64,000 bases of DNA from a bacterium (GTDB lineage: Bacteria > UBA8248), in the NCBI GenBank assembly GCA_965207065.1, contig OZ242260.1, forward strand, positions 2,112,001 to 2,176,000. Direction: 5' to 3'. The translations under genes and the position numbers were made by a program. Shown piece after piece: positions 10,201-20,607 of this stretch. Position 1 is the stretch's first letter. Each line of letters opens with the position of its first letter. Under the pieces are notes generated by a model. It did not search any database, had not been told where the DNA came from, and saw only the letters and a program-made list of their open reading frames with translations.

Positions 10201-12846
10201 ATGAAGGGCAATGAAGTCCGCCAAAAATTTCTTGAATTCTTCGCCGACGAGGCGCACAGGATCGTCCGCAGCTCCAGTCTGGTACCCATGAACGACCCCA
10301 CCTTGCTGTTCACCAACGCCGGCATGGTCCAGTTCAAGGACGTGTTCACGGGTCTGGAGAAGCGCGACTACTCCCGGGCGGTGACTTCCCAGAAATGTCT
10401 GCGGGTGAGCGGCAAGCACAACGACCTCGAAAACGTCGGCCGGACTGCCCGGCATCACACGTTTTTCGAGATGCTGGGCAACTTCTCCTTTGGTCAGTAT
10501 TTCAAGGAAAAGGCAATTGAGTTCGGCTGGGAGTTTTTGCTGAACCGTGTGGGTCTCGACGGGGATCGCATGTGGATCACCGTCTTCAGGGAGGACGACG
10601 AGGCGGCGGAGCTTTGGGAGCGGCTCGTTGGCGTTCCGCCCGAGCGCATCGTCCGCATGGACGAAAAGGACAACTTCTGGGCGATGGGGGATACCGGACC
10701 CTGCGGCCCCTGCTCGGAGCTTATTTATGATCAGGGAGATCACATCGTCGGCGCGCCGCCGGGCAGTGGACACGAGGATGAGGACGGTGATCGTTACTTG
10801 GAGCTCTGGAACCTGGTGTTCATGCAATTCAACCGGGAGGCTTCCGGCAAGATGGTTCCGCTTCCCAAGCCCTCCGTCGATACCGGAATGGGGCTGGAGC
10901 GCCTCACGGCGGTGGTGCAGAAAGAGGACAGCAATTATCACACCGACCTCTTGATGCCGCTCATTCATTCGGTCGAGGAGCGTAGCGGCAAGGAATACAC
11001 CGGCAGTGACGCGCCGAACGACGTTTCTTTCCGCGTCATCGCGGATCACGTTCGCTCGGTCAGCTTTCTGGTCGCGGACGGCGTTTTACCGAGCAACGAG
11101 GGCCGGGGCTACGTGTTGAGGCGCGTGGCGAGGCGGGCCTTGCGCCACGGCCGAATGCTGGGCATTGAGGGGCCGTTCCTGCATGAGACGGCAGGCGTCG
11201 TGGCCGACATGATGGGCGATGCGTTCCCCGAACTGAGAGAAGGCCTGAGCTACATCTCCCGCGTCACGCTGGCCGAAGAAGAGAGGTTCGCCAACACCCT
11301 CGCGCAGGGCCAGCCGCGCATGGATGCGCTGGCGGATGAAGTGAAGTCTTCGGGCAGCGCCACCATCCCGGGCAGGGAAGTGTTCACCCTCCTTGATACT
11401 TATGGCTATCCGTGGGATTTGGCGGTGGAAACAGCAGCGTTTCATGGCCTAGATATAGACCAGGGCGGTTTCGATGAGGCGATGGAGCAGCAGCGTGAGC
11501 GCGCCCGCGCCCACTGGAAGGGTTCGGGTGAGGCCGCAGTCGATGAAGTCTGGCACCAGGTGCGCGATAAGGCCGGCGATTGCGAATTCACCGGTTATGA
11601 TCACGATGAGGAAGAAGCCCGCGCCTGCGCCCTCATCGTGAATGGCGCGATTTGCGATGAAGCCGGCGCGGGAACCGAGGCGCGCGTCATTCTCGACAAG
11701 ACACCATTCTACGGCGAATCGGGCGGGCAGGAAGGTGACCAGGGCGGGTTCTCCTGGCCCGATGGCGCCGCGCTCGTCCTTGATACGCAGAAACCGCTCC
11801 CCGACGTGTATGTCCATCAAGTCAAGGTGACGGAAGGAACCTTGCAGAAGGGGCAAAGTCTTGTCGCACGAATCGACACGGATAGGCGCGATTTTTTGAG
11901 ACGCAACCACTCGGCCACCCACCTGCTTCAATACGCGCTGCGCCAGGTTTTGGGAGATCACGTCAAGCAGGCAGGTTCCCACCTCTCGCCCGAAAGGCTG
12001 CGGTTCGATTACACCCACTTTACAGCGATGACGGCCCGCGAACGCGAAAGGGTGGAGGACATCGTGAACGAGCGCATTCGCGAGAACGCGAACGTGGAAA
12101 CGCAACATATGTCGATAGACGATGCGCTGGCCGCAGGAGCGACGGCGCTCTTCGGAGAGCGCTACGGTGAGGACGTGCGTGTCGTCTCCGTGGGAGATTT
12201 CAGTATGGAGCTTTGCGGGGGCACGCACGCGCGCGCCGCTGGGGACATCGGGTTATTCCGCATCCTGCACGAGGGTAGCGTGGCTGCCGGCGTGAGGCGC
12301 ATCGAGGCATTAACGGGCGAGGACGCGCTTCTCCAGGCGCGTAAGGAACAACATGCCCTCTCCGAGATCGGGGAGATGACCAGGGCGGCGCCACTGGAAG
12401 AAGCCGAACGTGTGAGGCGTCTGCTCGATCGCGTGAAGACGCTCGAACGTGAACTCAAGGATTCGCGCGATAGGCAATCGCGCGACGAGATGGGCGATCT
12501 GGCTTCTGACGCCCAGGAAATTTCTGGCATCAAGCTCATCGCCGTGAGGCGCGACGGACTTCAGGCGGGAGATTTGCGCGGAATCATCGATGCGGCGAAG
12601 GGCAAGCTCCAAAGCGGCGTCGCCGTGGTCGCCGCCGTGACGGACGGGAAGGTCGCCATCGCCGCGGGCGTCACGAAAGACCTCACCTCTCGCATTCATG
12701 CCGGGAATCTGGTGAAAGAGGTGGCCTCGCTCGTCGGCGGTAGAGGCGGAGGAAGGCAGGACTTCGCGCAAGCGGGCGGCAAGGATGTCGAAAAGGTGAA
12801 CGACGCCCTCGCCGCCGTTCCCGGACTCATCGAAAAAATGACATAA
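10201..12846 (+). CDS. alaS: Alanine--tRNA ligase
   Basis: LLFTNAGM, RHHTFFEMLGNFSFG, GPCGPCSE, DTGMGLER, HSATHLL, ELCGGTH, GGRGGGR. Confidence 0.99.
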   Translation: MKGNEVRQKFLEFFADEAHRIVRSSSLVPMNDPTLLFTNAGMVQFKDVFTGLEKRDYSRAVTSQKCLRVSGKHNDLENVGRTARHHTFFEMLGNFSFGQYFKEKAIEFGWEFLLNRVGLDGDRMWITVFREDDEAAELWERLVGVPPERIVRMDEKDNFWAMGDTGPCGPCSELIYDQGDHIVGAPPGSGHEDEDGDRYLELWNLVFMQFNREASGKMVPLPKPSVDTGMGLERLTAVVQKEDSNYHTDLLMPLIHSVEERSGKEYTGSDAPNDVSFRVIADHVRSVSFLVADGVLPSNEGRGYVLRRVARRALRHGRMLGIEGPFLHETAGVVADMMGDAFPELREGLSYISRVTLAEEERFANTLAQGQPRMDALADEVKSSGSATIPGREVFTLLDTYGYPWDLAVETAAFHGLDIDQGGFDEAMEQQRERARAHWKGSGEAAVDEVWHQVRDKAGDCEFTGYDHDEEEARACALIVNGAICDEAGAGTEARVILDKTPFYGESGGQEGDQGGFSWPDGAALVLDTQKPLPDVYVHQVKVTEGTLQKGQSLVARIDTDRRDFLRRNHSATHLLQYALRQVLGDHVKQAGSHLSPERLRFDYTHFTAMTARERERVEDIVNERIRENANVETQHMSIDDALAAGATALFGERYGEDVRVVSVGDFSMELCGGTHARAAGDIGLFRILHEGSVAAGVRRIEALTGEDALLQARKEQHALSEIGEMTRAAPLEEAERVRRLLDRVKTLERELKDSRDRQSRDEMGDLASDAQEISGIKLIAVRRDGLQAGDLRGIIDAAKGKLQSGVAVVAAVTDGKVAIAAGVTKDLTSRIHAGNLVKEVASLVGGRGGGRQDFAQAGGKDVEKVNDALAAVPGLIEKMT

Positions 12847-12892
12847 TCGCCTCACATCCGCGCCCGGTTCAGGCGGGTTCATCGCAGCAATT

Positions 12893-14092
12893 TTGTTTCG
12901 GAGAACATCTTTGAGTGATACGGCCGTGGCGGGCGCGGTTCCAGAGCGCCTCAAGAAAAGAAGAATCTCCCTGCTTATCGTCGCCCACGTCGCGAACGAC
13001 AGCTATTTCGGTTTTCTCCCGCCGCTGCTACCTCTCATCGTGGAACGTCTGGACCTGCCATTGAGCCTGGCGGGTCTTCTGGCCACCACGCTTTCCATCA
13101 CCGGTGCCGTGGGCCAGCCTCTTTTCGGTTATTTCGCCGACAGAATCAGGAAAGGGTGGCTCCTGGCGCTCGGGCCGCTGGGCGGTGCGCTTTTGGCGTT
13201 CATGCTCTACATGCCGAATTTCTGGATTCTCATGCTGCTCATGCTGATCGCGGGTTCGGGTTCGGCCTGTTTTCATCCCGTGGCCTCGGTCATTGCCGGT
13301 CAGTCCGCAGGCGCGAGAAAAGGGTTCGGGATGTCGCTTTACGTCGCCGGTGGGCGCCTGGGCGTGGGGATAGGCTCCGGGATGGCAACGTTCATCGTCA
13401 TCCGGTGGGGAATCGACGCAATACCCTACGCGAGCCTCTTCGGAATCATCATCGGGGTACCCTTGCTTTTCTTCTCTCCGCCCATCCGGGAGGTGGGAAG
13501 CGGCGCGTCGCAGAGTTTCACGCAGACGATGCGCATGCTCAGGCTCGTGTTCCGTCCGCTTTTTCTGTTATGGGTCGTGAATCTGTGCCGCACCACGGTG
13601 ACAATGACGGTGCAGGTGTTCTTGCCGATATACATCATCGCCAAGGGTGGTTCGCTGGCCGCAGGCGGAACGGCCATTACCCTGTTTCTGGTCGCCGCGG
13701 CGGTGGGCGGCATCTACGGCGGGCATCTCTCCGACATCTTCGGCAGGCGGATCGTGACGATCATGGCCATCTGCGTGGGCACGCCCGCGTTGGGGATGGC
13801 CTTTCTGTTTGACGAGCCTTTGCGGACCGTCTTCGTCATACTCTCGGGCGCTGCTTTCTACGCGCAAATGGGTGTTTCGGTTACATACGCGCAGGAGATT
13901 GCCCCCGAACACGCTGCCTTGGTGAGTAGTTTCATGCTCGGCGTGGTCTGGTTCGTAGCGAGCATCGGGATGATCGCCGTGGGCGGTCTGGCCGACTACA
14001 TCGGCGTGGAAACGGCCCTGCCGCTGGTCTGCATGGCGTTCGGCGTCGTGGGCTCGTTCCTCTCTCTCGGACTGCCCAAGGAGACGGCGTAG
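12893..14092 (+). CDS. MFS transporter (FSR-like)
   Basis: About 12 hydrophobic segments; AHVAND, QPLFGYFADR, FHP, GGHLSDIFGRR; exact start uncertain. Confidence 0.88.
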   Translation: MFRRTSLSDTAVAGAVPERLKKRRISLLIVAHVANDSYFGFLPPLLPLIVERLDLPLSLAGLLATTLSITGAVGQPLFGYFADRIRKGWLLALGPLGGALLAFMLYMPNFWILMLLMLIAGSGSACFHPVASVIAGQSAGARKGFGMSLYVAGGRLGVGIGSGMATFIVIRWGIDAIPYASLFGIIIGVPLLFFSPPIREVGSGASQSFTQTMRMLRLVFRPLFLLWVVNLCRTTVTMTVQVFLPIYIIAKGGSLAAGGTAITLFLVAAAVGGIYGGHLSDIFGRRIVTIMAICVGTPALGMAFLFDEPLRTVFVILSGAAFYAQMGVSVTYAQEIAPEHAALVSSFMLGVVWFVASIGMIAVGGLADYIGVETALPLVCMAFGVVGSFLSLGLPKETA

Positions 14093-14096
14093 AGGC

Positions 14097-14489
14097 ATGA
14101 GCGGAAAATTCAAACCTCTGGCCGTGGAGCGCGAGATAGCCGAGGAGATGGCCACCTCGCTCGGGCGCATCGGCAGCGAGTTCTCGAAACGTCATCAAAG
14201 GGCGTGGGCCGCCTGGCGCGCCTGGGAGAAGGGGCAGGAGTTCAGCGATAAAATCAGGGATAGGCTTGAGCGTACGCTCCATCAAGCGATGGACGAGGCG
14301 GAGCGCTACCGTTATTTCCTCATCGTGCAAAGAGAGGCGATGGGACTTCGAAACCATGCGGAGGTCAACCGCAAATACCCGCTTCCCCGCGTGCAGGGCA
14401 GACCGCCTGCCGCGGGCGACCCCACTAGCCCTCGTCTCGCTTGGCCCGGAGGATTTTCACGAGGTTGGCGTAGGAAGTTCTCCGGATGA
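14097..14489 (+). CDS. Hypothetical protein, DUF6665-like
   Basis: EIAEEMATSLGR ... YFLIVQREAMGLRNH..V..Y pattern; 3' end overlaps convergent mlaC by 65 nt. Confidence 0.6.
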   Translation: MSGKFKPLAVEREIAEEMATSLGRIGSEFSKRHQRAWAAWRAWEKGQEFSDKIRDRLERTLHQAMDEAERYRYFLIVQREAMGLRNHAEVNRKYPLPRVQGRPPAAGDPTSPRLAWPGGFSRGWRRKFSG

Positions 14490-15030
14490 TGGAGCGAAAC
14501 TGGTCGCGGTAGTTTTTCACCAGGCTCACGCCCTCCACCACAACGTCGTAGACGCGCCATTCCCCACCCACTTTGTGCAGGCGGTAGAATATCTCGACCT
14601 CTTTCTTGTCCGTTGTGATGATGACGGTGTTGACCTTGGCGAATTCCGTGTCGATGGTTTCTTTGCCGAGAACGACTTTCTCATTAGTGTAGCTTTCCAG
14701 CGTGCTGGCGTAGTTGCGTTCCATGAAATAGCTGAATAGCTCGATGAATTCGGACTTCTCATTGGGCGTGCGTTTTCTCCACGCCCTCGCAAGGCTTCGC
14801 CTGGACATTTCTTCGAAATCGAAATAACGGTGAATGACTTTGCGCATCCGGTTTCTGCGTTCCGCTTTTTTCTCGGGAGCTTTCAAATCGGGTTGGTCCA
14901 AGATCTCCAAAACCCCGTGTATCCCCTTGCGCACCACTTCTGACGGTTCTCCAGCTTGTGTTGGAGGCGCGAGAAGAGCACAGGCGAGAAGTGCGGCGAT
15001 GAGCAGCGGTAAACGCTTTTTCAAAAACAT
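14425..15030 (-). CDS. mlaC: Phospholipid-binding periplasmic protein MlaC/Ttg2D
   Basis: Signal peptide; FDFEEMSRRSL, WRVYDVVVEGVSLVKNYRDQF. Confidence 0.93.
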   Translation of the reverse strand: MFLKKRLPLLIAALLACALLAPPTQAGEPSEVVRKGIHGVLEILDQPDLKAPEKKAERRNRMRKVIHRYFDFEEMSRRSLARAWRKRTPNEKSEFIELFSYFMERNYASTLESYTNEKVVLGKETIDTEFAKVNTVIITTDKKEVEIFYRLHKVGGEWRVYDVVVEGVSLVKNYRDQFRSIIRRTSYANLVKILRAKRDEG

Positions 15031-15201
15031 GGGCTCTCCTCGTGCGGCATGGCCTGAATCCGGGAGTGGTGAAACCGGGATGATGACAAGATATTTATGT
15101 TTGAGCCGGTCCTCTCGTTGCTGACTCCAACAGGGCGAATCCCTCGCTGGAGAGGGAGGTTAAAGGCCATTGTCTGGCGTTGTTTCAGGCGGCGATGGCC
15201 C

Positions 15202-15648
15202 TTATTTCTTAACCTTGCCGAAAACAAAGTCGCCGATGAGTTTCTCGATGTCAACCGGGGGTTCTGTCTCGCGGATCCGTCCGCCCGGTGGGATGATTTT
15301 TTCTGCCCCCCCTTGGCTTAAGCTCACGTATTTGTCGCCGAGAACACCTTTCGTGCGGATGGAGGCGATGGAATCCCGCGATAGTTTGAGGTTTTCATTG
15401 ATGCGGAGCGTGATTATTGCATCCTCCCCGTCGAGGGAAATTCCGCTCACACGCCCGACGCGTACGCCCGCCATTTCCACCGACGCGCCTTTCCTCAAAC
15501 CCGTGGCGGTCGTGAAATTCGCTGAGACTTCATAGGTGCCGTCATCGAAAATTTCCAGACCGCCGAGATTAATCGAGAGATAGGCGAGCGCGAGGATTCC
15601 CGCCAGAACGAATATCCCGACGCCGAATTCCACGTTTTTCCGGTACAA
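15202..15648 (-). CDS. mlaD: MCE-domain lipid asymmetry protein MlaD
   Basis: EFGVGIFVLAG, GLRKGASVEMAGVRVGRV, IRTKGVLGDKYV; TTG start at 15648 with AAGGAA RBS. Confidence 0.92.
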   Translation of the reverse strand: MYRKNVEFGVGIFVLAGILALAYLSINLGGLEIFDDGTYEVSANFTTATGLRKGASVEMAGVRVGRVSGISLDGEDAIITLRINENLKLSRDSIASIRTKGVLGDKYVSLSQGGAEKIIPPGGRIRETEPPVDIEKLIGDFVFGKVKK

Positions 15649-15662
15649 GGCTCGTTCCTTCT

Positions 15663-16451
15663 TCAAATGAGAATCGAGGTGAGGAAATAATCGCCCACCA
15701 GTATCAGGACGGAAGAGAGCACCACGGCTGAGGTGGTCGCCTTGCCCACTCCCTCGGCACCGTGACCGCAATGATACCCCTTATAGCAGCAGACCCATGT
15801 GACGATCAGGCCGAAAACAATGGACTTCCATAAGCCAACGTTGATGTCGACCATCTCGATCTTGTCCTGCATCTCCCCGAAAAAGGTTCCGGAACTCAAT
15901 CCCATCAACTCTACGCCCACGAGATATGCCCCGAATATGCCGATGAGATCGCAAAGCGCCGTCAGCAGGGGGAATACTATCACACCCGCGAGAAGCCGAG
16001 GAGAAACAAGGCGCTGCAAGGGGTTCACGGCCATGCTTTTTAAGGCGTCCACCTGTTCGGTGATTTGCATGATGCCGATTTCGGCCGTCATGGCCGATCC
16101 TGCCCTTCCGGTTACGACGAGCGCAGTGAGCACTGGCCCGAGCTCACGAATGAGGCTGAAGGCGACGGCGGGGCCGAGAAAGGCTTCGGAGCCGAATTTT
16201 CTGAAAGCGTATATTCCCTGAAGCGCCAGCACCATTCCGGTGAACAGGCCGCTCAGCAAGACGATGGAGAGTGAACCCGTACCGATGATGTAAATCTGGC
16301 GCATCAGGAGAGAGGGCCGCCAGGGCGGTGCGAAAATCCACCGCACGGATTCGAGCAGGAAGATTGCGGCGCTTCCCATGCCGGCGATGATCTCCATCGC
16401 GCGCCGGCCAAGCGTCCGGATGCCTTGTGTCACCATTGTCGCGGTACTCAT
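15663..16451 (-). CDS. mlaE: MlaE family ABC permease
   Basis: RELGPVLTALVVTGRAGSAMTAEIG.MQITEQVDAL, GAEGVGKATTSAVV. Confidence 0.95.
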   Translation of the reverse strand: MSTATMVTQGIRTLGRRAMEIIAGMGSAAIFLLESVRWIFAPPWRPSLLMRQIYIIGTGSLSIVLLSGLFTGMVLALQGIYAFRKFGSEAFLGPAVAFSLIRELGPVLTALVVTGRAGSAMTAEIGIMQITEQVDALKSMAVNPLQRLVSPRLLAGVIVFPLLTALCDLIGIFGAYLVGVELMGLSSGTFFGEMQDKIEMVDINVGLWKSIVFGLIVTWVCCYKGYHCGHGAEGVGKATTSAVVLSSVLILVGDYFLTSILI

Positions 16452-16634
16452 GGGGTTTGCCTTCTATTCCTCATCATGAGCGAGTATAGTGTCGTCATCA
16501 GTTGCTTGTCGGTTTCCACGAGCGGTCTCGCGATTTGCAGGGCGGCGGATACAGGTTCCTAGTGTATCGTTCCTGAAGGATGGAGATCAACGCTGGCGCG
16601 AATGGCCATATTCTTCTAAGGGTTTGTTTTTTAT

Positions 16635-17459
16635 ATGAAAAATACAGCGCTCGGACCCCTTTCCAGATATATCGAGTATGGTGTGCGCAACCATGCGTCG
16701 GATTTTGCGCAGATCACCCGCCTTTTCGTCGCGATTTACGTGCCCGTGTCCATGATTGCGCTCTCCTTGCATCCTTCCATCAAATCGCTGATGGAACCCG
16801 AAGCGAACCTCATGCTGCTGTTCCCGCTCATGATCGCCTCCCAGCTTCTCTTGCGCATTTTGCAGGTGTTCTTGTTCATACTCCTGATTTTGCGGGTCGA
16901 ATCCGAACGCACGGGCGATGGGGCCGTTTGGGACATCGCCGAGGCCGTGAATCGTCTGAAAGGTGTCGCCAAAGTGGACCTGGCGTATACCTTTGGTTTG
17001 CAGTTGCTGGGAGTCATCGGATTTGCGGCGGCGTTGTTCATCTTCAGTTTCCTGTTCGGAGACTCGCCCATCGGGCTCCCGTTTTCGTTCGCCGTCACGA
17101 TTTTTCTCGTTCTCACGCCTGCGGTTCGGTATTATTTTTGCACCTTGACCGCATTGTTGTATGGGGACGACTTCGCTCAGGCCTTCCGCCGCGCCGGGAT
17201 GATATCGAGCGGTGGCGAGAGAACCATCGTCGTTCTGGCGATGACCTATCTACTGGTCTGGTTCATACTCTGGCAGGTGATACAGGGGATTTTCGGAGGT
17301 GGCCTCCTGGGGCAGGTACTGTTGCAGACGGGCGTGATGGTGACCTCTATCTCTTATTACTTGGCGGGGTTTCTCCTGTTCTCGGACCTTTGCGAGGTTG
17401 CGAGCGCAAGGCGGACGGATAATGCGGAGCAAATCCCAGAAGACATGGGCGACGCCTAG
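16635..17459 (+). CDS. Hypothetical integral membrane protein
   Basis: 274 aa with about 6 hydrophobic segments; fills the gap between divergent and convergent neighbours. Confidence 0.7.
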   Translation: MKNTALGPLSRYIEYGVRNHASDFAQITRLFVAIYVPVSMIALSLHPSIKSLMEPEANLMLLFPLMIASQLLLRILQVFLFILLILRVESERTGDGAVWDIAEAVNRLKGVAKVDLAYTFGLQLLGVIGFAAALFIFSFLFGDSPIGLPFSFAVTIFLVLTPAVRYYFCTLTALLYGDDFAQAFRRAGMISSGGERTIVVLAMTYLLVWFILWQVIQGIFGGGLLGQVLLQTGVMVTSISYYLAGFLLFSDLCEVASARRTDNAEQIPEDMGDA

Positions 17460-17468
17460 CGCAAGTTC

Positions 17469-18251
17469 CTACAAGAAGACGTCGAAATTCAACCCGTCAT
17501 ATGCCAGCTCGACGCCACTGGGCAGGCTCCGGTTCGTTTCGTAGTATTCCAACTCGAAATTGGTGTGAGTGAAATACGTCTGCTCGGGTTTGAGCTCCTC
17601 GACGATTTCCAGCGCCTCGGCGACCGTGAAGTGTGAGGGGTGCTCCCGGTGGCGCAGGGCGTCCAGGATGAGGACGCGGACTCCTTTCAGGATTTCCATG
17701 GATTTTTCCGGAATGGCGTTGCAGTCCGTGGCATAAGCAAAGTCCCCCACCCGCAGGCCCATCACCTTCATGCCGGCGTGTTCGAGTTCGAAGGGGATGA
17801 CGTTCATGCCGGCCACCTCGAAAGGGGAATTTCCAATCTCCGCCAGCGTGAGTTGCGGCTTGAATCCGCTGTATTCCCGAGCGTGATTGAAAATGTAGCT
17901 GAAATTCTGACAGAGAATCTTCACCGTATTGGGATAGGCATAACAGGGAATCGGTTTTCCCATCAGGAAATTAAAGGCGCGCAAATCGTCGATGCCGTGC
18001 GTATGGTCCGCGTGATAGTGTGTATAGACCACGGCGTCAACGCGGGTGATCTGGTGTCTAAGGGCCTGCTCGCGCAGATCGGGACCCGTATCCACCAGCA
18101 GGTTTCGCCCGCCATGCTCGATGATGATGCTCGGACGCAGCCGCTTGTTCCTGGGGTCATCCGAGAGACAAGCGGCGGTTTTGCACCCAATGGAAGGAAC
18201 GCCGGTGGAAGTGCCGCAGCCCAGAACGGTGACCCGAGCGCTTGCGTTCAT
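17469..18251 (-). CDS. MBL-fold metallo-hydrolase (PhnP-like)
   Basis: LGCGTSTGVP, DTGPDLREQ, THYHADHTHGIDDLR, YATD, FTH. Confidence 0.92.
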   Translation of the reverse strand: MNASARVTVLGCGTSTGVPSIGCKTAACLSDDPRNKRLRPSIIIEHGGRNLLVDTGPDLREQALRHQITRVDAVVYTHYHADHTHGIDDLRAFNFLMGKPIPCYAYPNTVKILCQNFSYIFNHAREYSGFKPQLTLAEIGNSPFEVAGMNVIPFELEHAGMKVMGLRVGDFAYATDCNAIPEKSMEILKGVRVLILDALRHREHPSHFTVAEALEIVEELKPEQTYFTHTNFELEYYETNRSLPSGVELAYDGLNFDVFL

Positions 18252-19282
18252 CTCACCGAATCCGCCAGAACCTGAGCGGCGGTTTGTACGTCTTCCCTCG
18301 AGACGTCCAGATGAGTGACGGCGCGAAGCATCTTCGCGTTCGGTATGGAGAAGGCGACGCCTTTTTCCATCATCGTCTCGCTGATCTGGTGTGCCGTCTT
18401 GCCACTTTCCGAGATGTCGAGGAACACGAGGTTGGTGGGTGTCGTGTCATGGACGGGTCGAACGCCCGGTACACCCGCTGTGAGTTCAGAGAATAGCTGT
18501 GCGTTTGCGTGATCATCCGCCAGGCGCTCCACGTGATGCTCGAGGGCGTAGAGCCCCGAGGCGGCGAGAACTCCTGCCTGGCGCCAGCCGCCACCAAACA
18601 TTTTCCAGTATCGGCGCGCCCCTTGTATAAACTCTTTCTCTCCGAGCAGGATGGAGCCCACCGGGCAGCCCAATCCCTTGGAGAAGCAAAAGCACATCGA
18701 ATCGCAGCGCTTCGACCATTCCTTTGGAGGGATTCCGGAAGCGACGATGGCGTTGAAGATTCGGGCGCCGTCGATGTGAAGAGGGATGTTTTGCTCTTTC
18801 GAAAAAGCGCGCAACTCGTCGAGTTTGTCGAGGGGGAACACGTGGCCACCACCCTGATTGTGCGTGTTCTCCACCCATAGCAGGGCGCTTTTCGGGTACC
18901 CTCCCGTGGGCCGGAGCCATTTCTCGGCATCTTCACGAGCGTATGTCCCACGGTTCGCCGAGATCAGGGCGAATTGAACTCCCGATAAGAGCGGGCCTGC
19001 GCCCAGTTCATTTCGAAAGGGGTGACAATGGGAATCGGCGATGATCTCATCGCCCGGGTTCGTGTGGACTTTGATGGCCAGTTGATTGGCCAGCGTGCCC
19101 GATGACACGAACAGGCCGTCTTCCTTGCCGAAGAGGGAAGTCGCCTTTTCGATGAGTTCGTTGACGCTCGGGTCCTCTCTAAGGGTGTCGTCGCCCACCT
19201 GCGCCTCGACGATGGCTTGGCGCATCGCCTTCGTGGGGCGCGTTGCGGTGTCGCTTCTCATGTCGATGAAATCACTGGACAA
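18248..19282 (-). CDS. ltaE: Low-specificity L-threonine aldolase (PLP)
   Basis: DMRSDT, VGDD, SGTLANQ, ENTHN, HIDGARIFNA, CFSKGLG, GGGWRQAG; TTG start at 19282 after GGGGAG. Confidence 0.92.
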   Translation of the reverse strand: MSSDFIDMRSDTATRPTKAMRQAIVEAQVGDDTLREDPSVNELIEKATSLFGKEDGLFVSSGTLANQLAIKVHTNPGDEIIADSHCHPFRNELGAGPLLSGVQFALISANRGTYAREDAEKWLRPTGGYPKSALLWVENTHNQGGGHVFPLDKLDELRAFSKEQNIPLHIDGARIFNAIVASGIPPKEWSKRCDSMCFCFSKGLGCPVGSILLGEKEFIQGARRYWKMFGGGWRQAGVLAASGLYALEHHVERLADDHANAQLFSELTAGVPGVRPVHDTTPTNLVFLDISESGKTAHQISETMMEKGVAFSIPNAKMLRAVTHLDVSREDVQTAAQVLADSVR

Positions 19283-19439
19283 AGAATAGACTCCCCGGCT
19301 TCCGGCCCCCGTCTCCGGGAGTCGGGTTTTAAACACTCGGTTATTTGTAATCCACTTGGTGGAGGATATATTTGCATATTCGTAAGTGATTTGCCAAATT
19401 ACCGCTCTGTCATTTATTTGGCTTTTACAATCCTTACAC

Positions 19440-20594
19440 ATGCCCAGAGACTATAACGATATGCACAATACCAAGGGGTTGCCTGTTTTCGAGGATGATT
19501 TCCTCAGGCGCGCGAGATCGTATCAGATGCGGCGCCTGTATGTGGGGTTGACGTCCTCCGCCCTGGAATTCGGCGTCGTGCTCGCGTTTTTGTTCTGGTA
19601 TCTGGGAGCGGAGGCCGCAAAGCCGGCGGGCGGTGCGTTCGTAAGCGGATTTGCTGCTTTCTCCTTCATTGCCCTCTCGAAAACGCTGGTTTCCTTGCCC
19701 TTTGACTTCTACGGTGGCTACACGCTCGCTCACCGGGAAAATTTATCGAACCAATCACTTCTGGGCTGGCTTTGGGACAGATGCAAAGGGATTTTGCTTT
19801 TGCTGCTGTTTGGTGGCTCGGCCAGCGGTGTTTTTTTGATGATCATGACTGTGTGGCCGGCTGATTGGTGGTGGATAGCCGCGCTGGCTTCGGTTTTACT
19901 GGTGGTTTTTATCTCCCTCATCGCTCCGGTACTGCTCGCGCCTATCTTCTTCCGCTTCAAGCCCCTGGCGGATGAGGGCCTGAAGAAGCGACTCCTCAAA
20001 CTGTTAAAAAGAACAAGAGCGAATGTGTACGGCGGTGTTTGGGAGATGGATATGAGTTCCAAGAGCAAGACGGCGAACGCCGCCCTTGTCGGTTGGGGAC
20101 CATCCCGGCGTGTGGTTCTCTCCGATACCCTGCTTGATTTCACGCCTGATGAAATCGAGGCAATTCTCGCCCATGAAATCGCGCATCACGCGGGTCGTCA
20201 CATCCCGGCTCTTATAGCGATGAAAAGCACGCTGCTGGTTTTCGGGGTGTATTTATCCGGCCACGTGCTGGAATGGCTGGGGGAGTGGATAAACCCTGCT
20301 CTGGTGCAGCCCGGCGAGCCCGCTTGCGTCGTGGTTTTATGGGTTGTCCTGAGTCTCCTGGGAGTGGTCATGTCTCCTTTCATTCTCGTAATTTCGCGCG
20401 CTTTCGAGTACCGCTGCGATCACTATTCCACCAAATACGCCGAGGTGAGGGGTGGATTGTCTTCCGCCCTTATCAAGTTGTGCAAACTAAACCTAACGGA
20501 CCCCGACTCGCCCGGCTGGGTAGTTTCGCTATTTCATTCGCACCCCTCGGTTTACGATCGGCTGGCGAGAATCGAGTCATGGGAGAAAGCCTAG
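19440..20594 (+). CDS. M48 family (Ste24-like) membrane zinc metalloprotease
   Basis: Multiple TM helices; ANAALVG, LSDTLL, HEIAH, SRAFEYRCD, HSHP..RL; start uncertain (19440 or 19461). Confidence 0.9.
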   Translation: MPRDYNDMHNTKGLPVFEDDFLRRARSYQMRRLYVGLTSSALEFGVVLAFLFWYLGAEAAKPAGGAFVSGFAAFSFIALSKTLVSLPFDFYGGYTLAHRENLSNQSLLGWLWDRCKGILLLLLFGGSASGVFLMIMTVWPADWWWIAALASVLLVVFISLIAPVLLAPIFFRFKPLADEGLKKRLLKLLKRTRANVYGGVWEMDMSSKSKTANAALVGWGPSRRVVLSDTLLDFTPDEIEAILAHEIAHHAGRHIPALIAMKSTLLVFGVYLSGHVLEWLGEWINPALVQPGEPACVVVLWVVLSLLGVVMSPFILVISRAFEYRCDHYSTKYAEVRGGLSSALIKLCKLNLTDPDSPGWVVSLFHSHPSVYDRLARIESWEKA

Positions 20595-20607
20595 ACGATA
20601 TTTCGGT

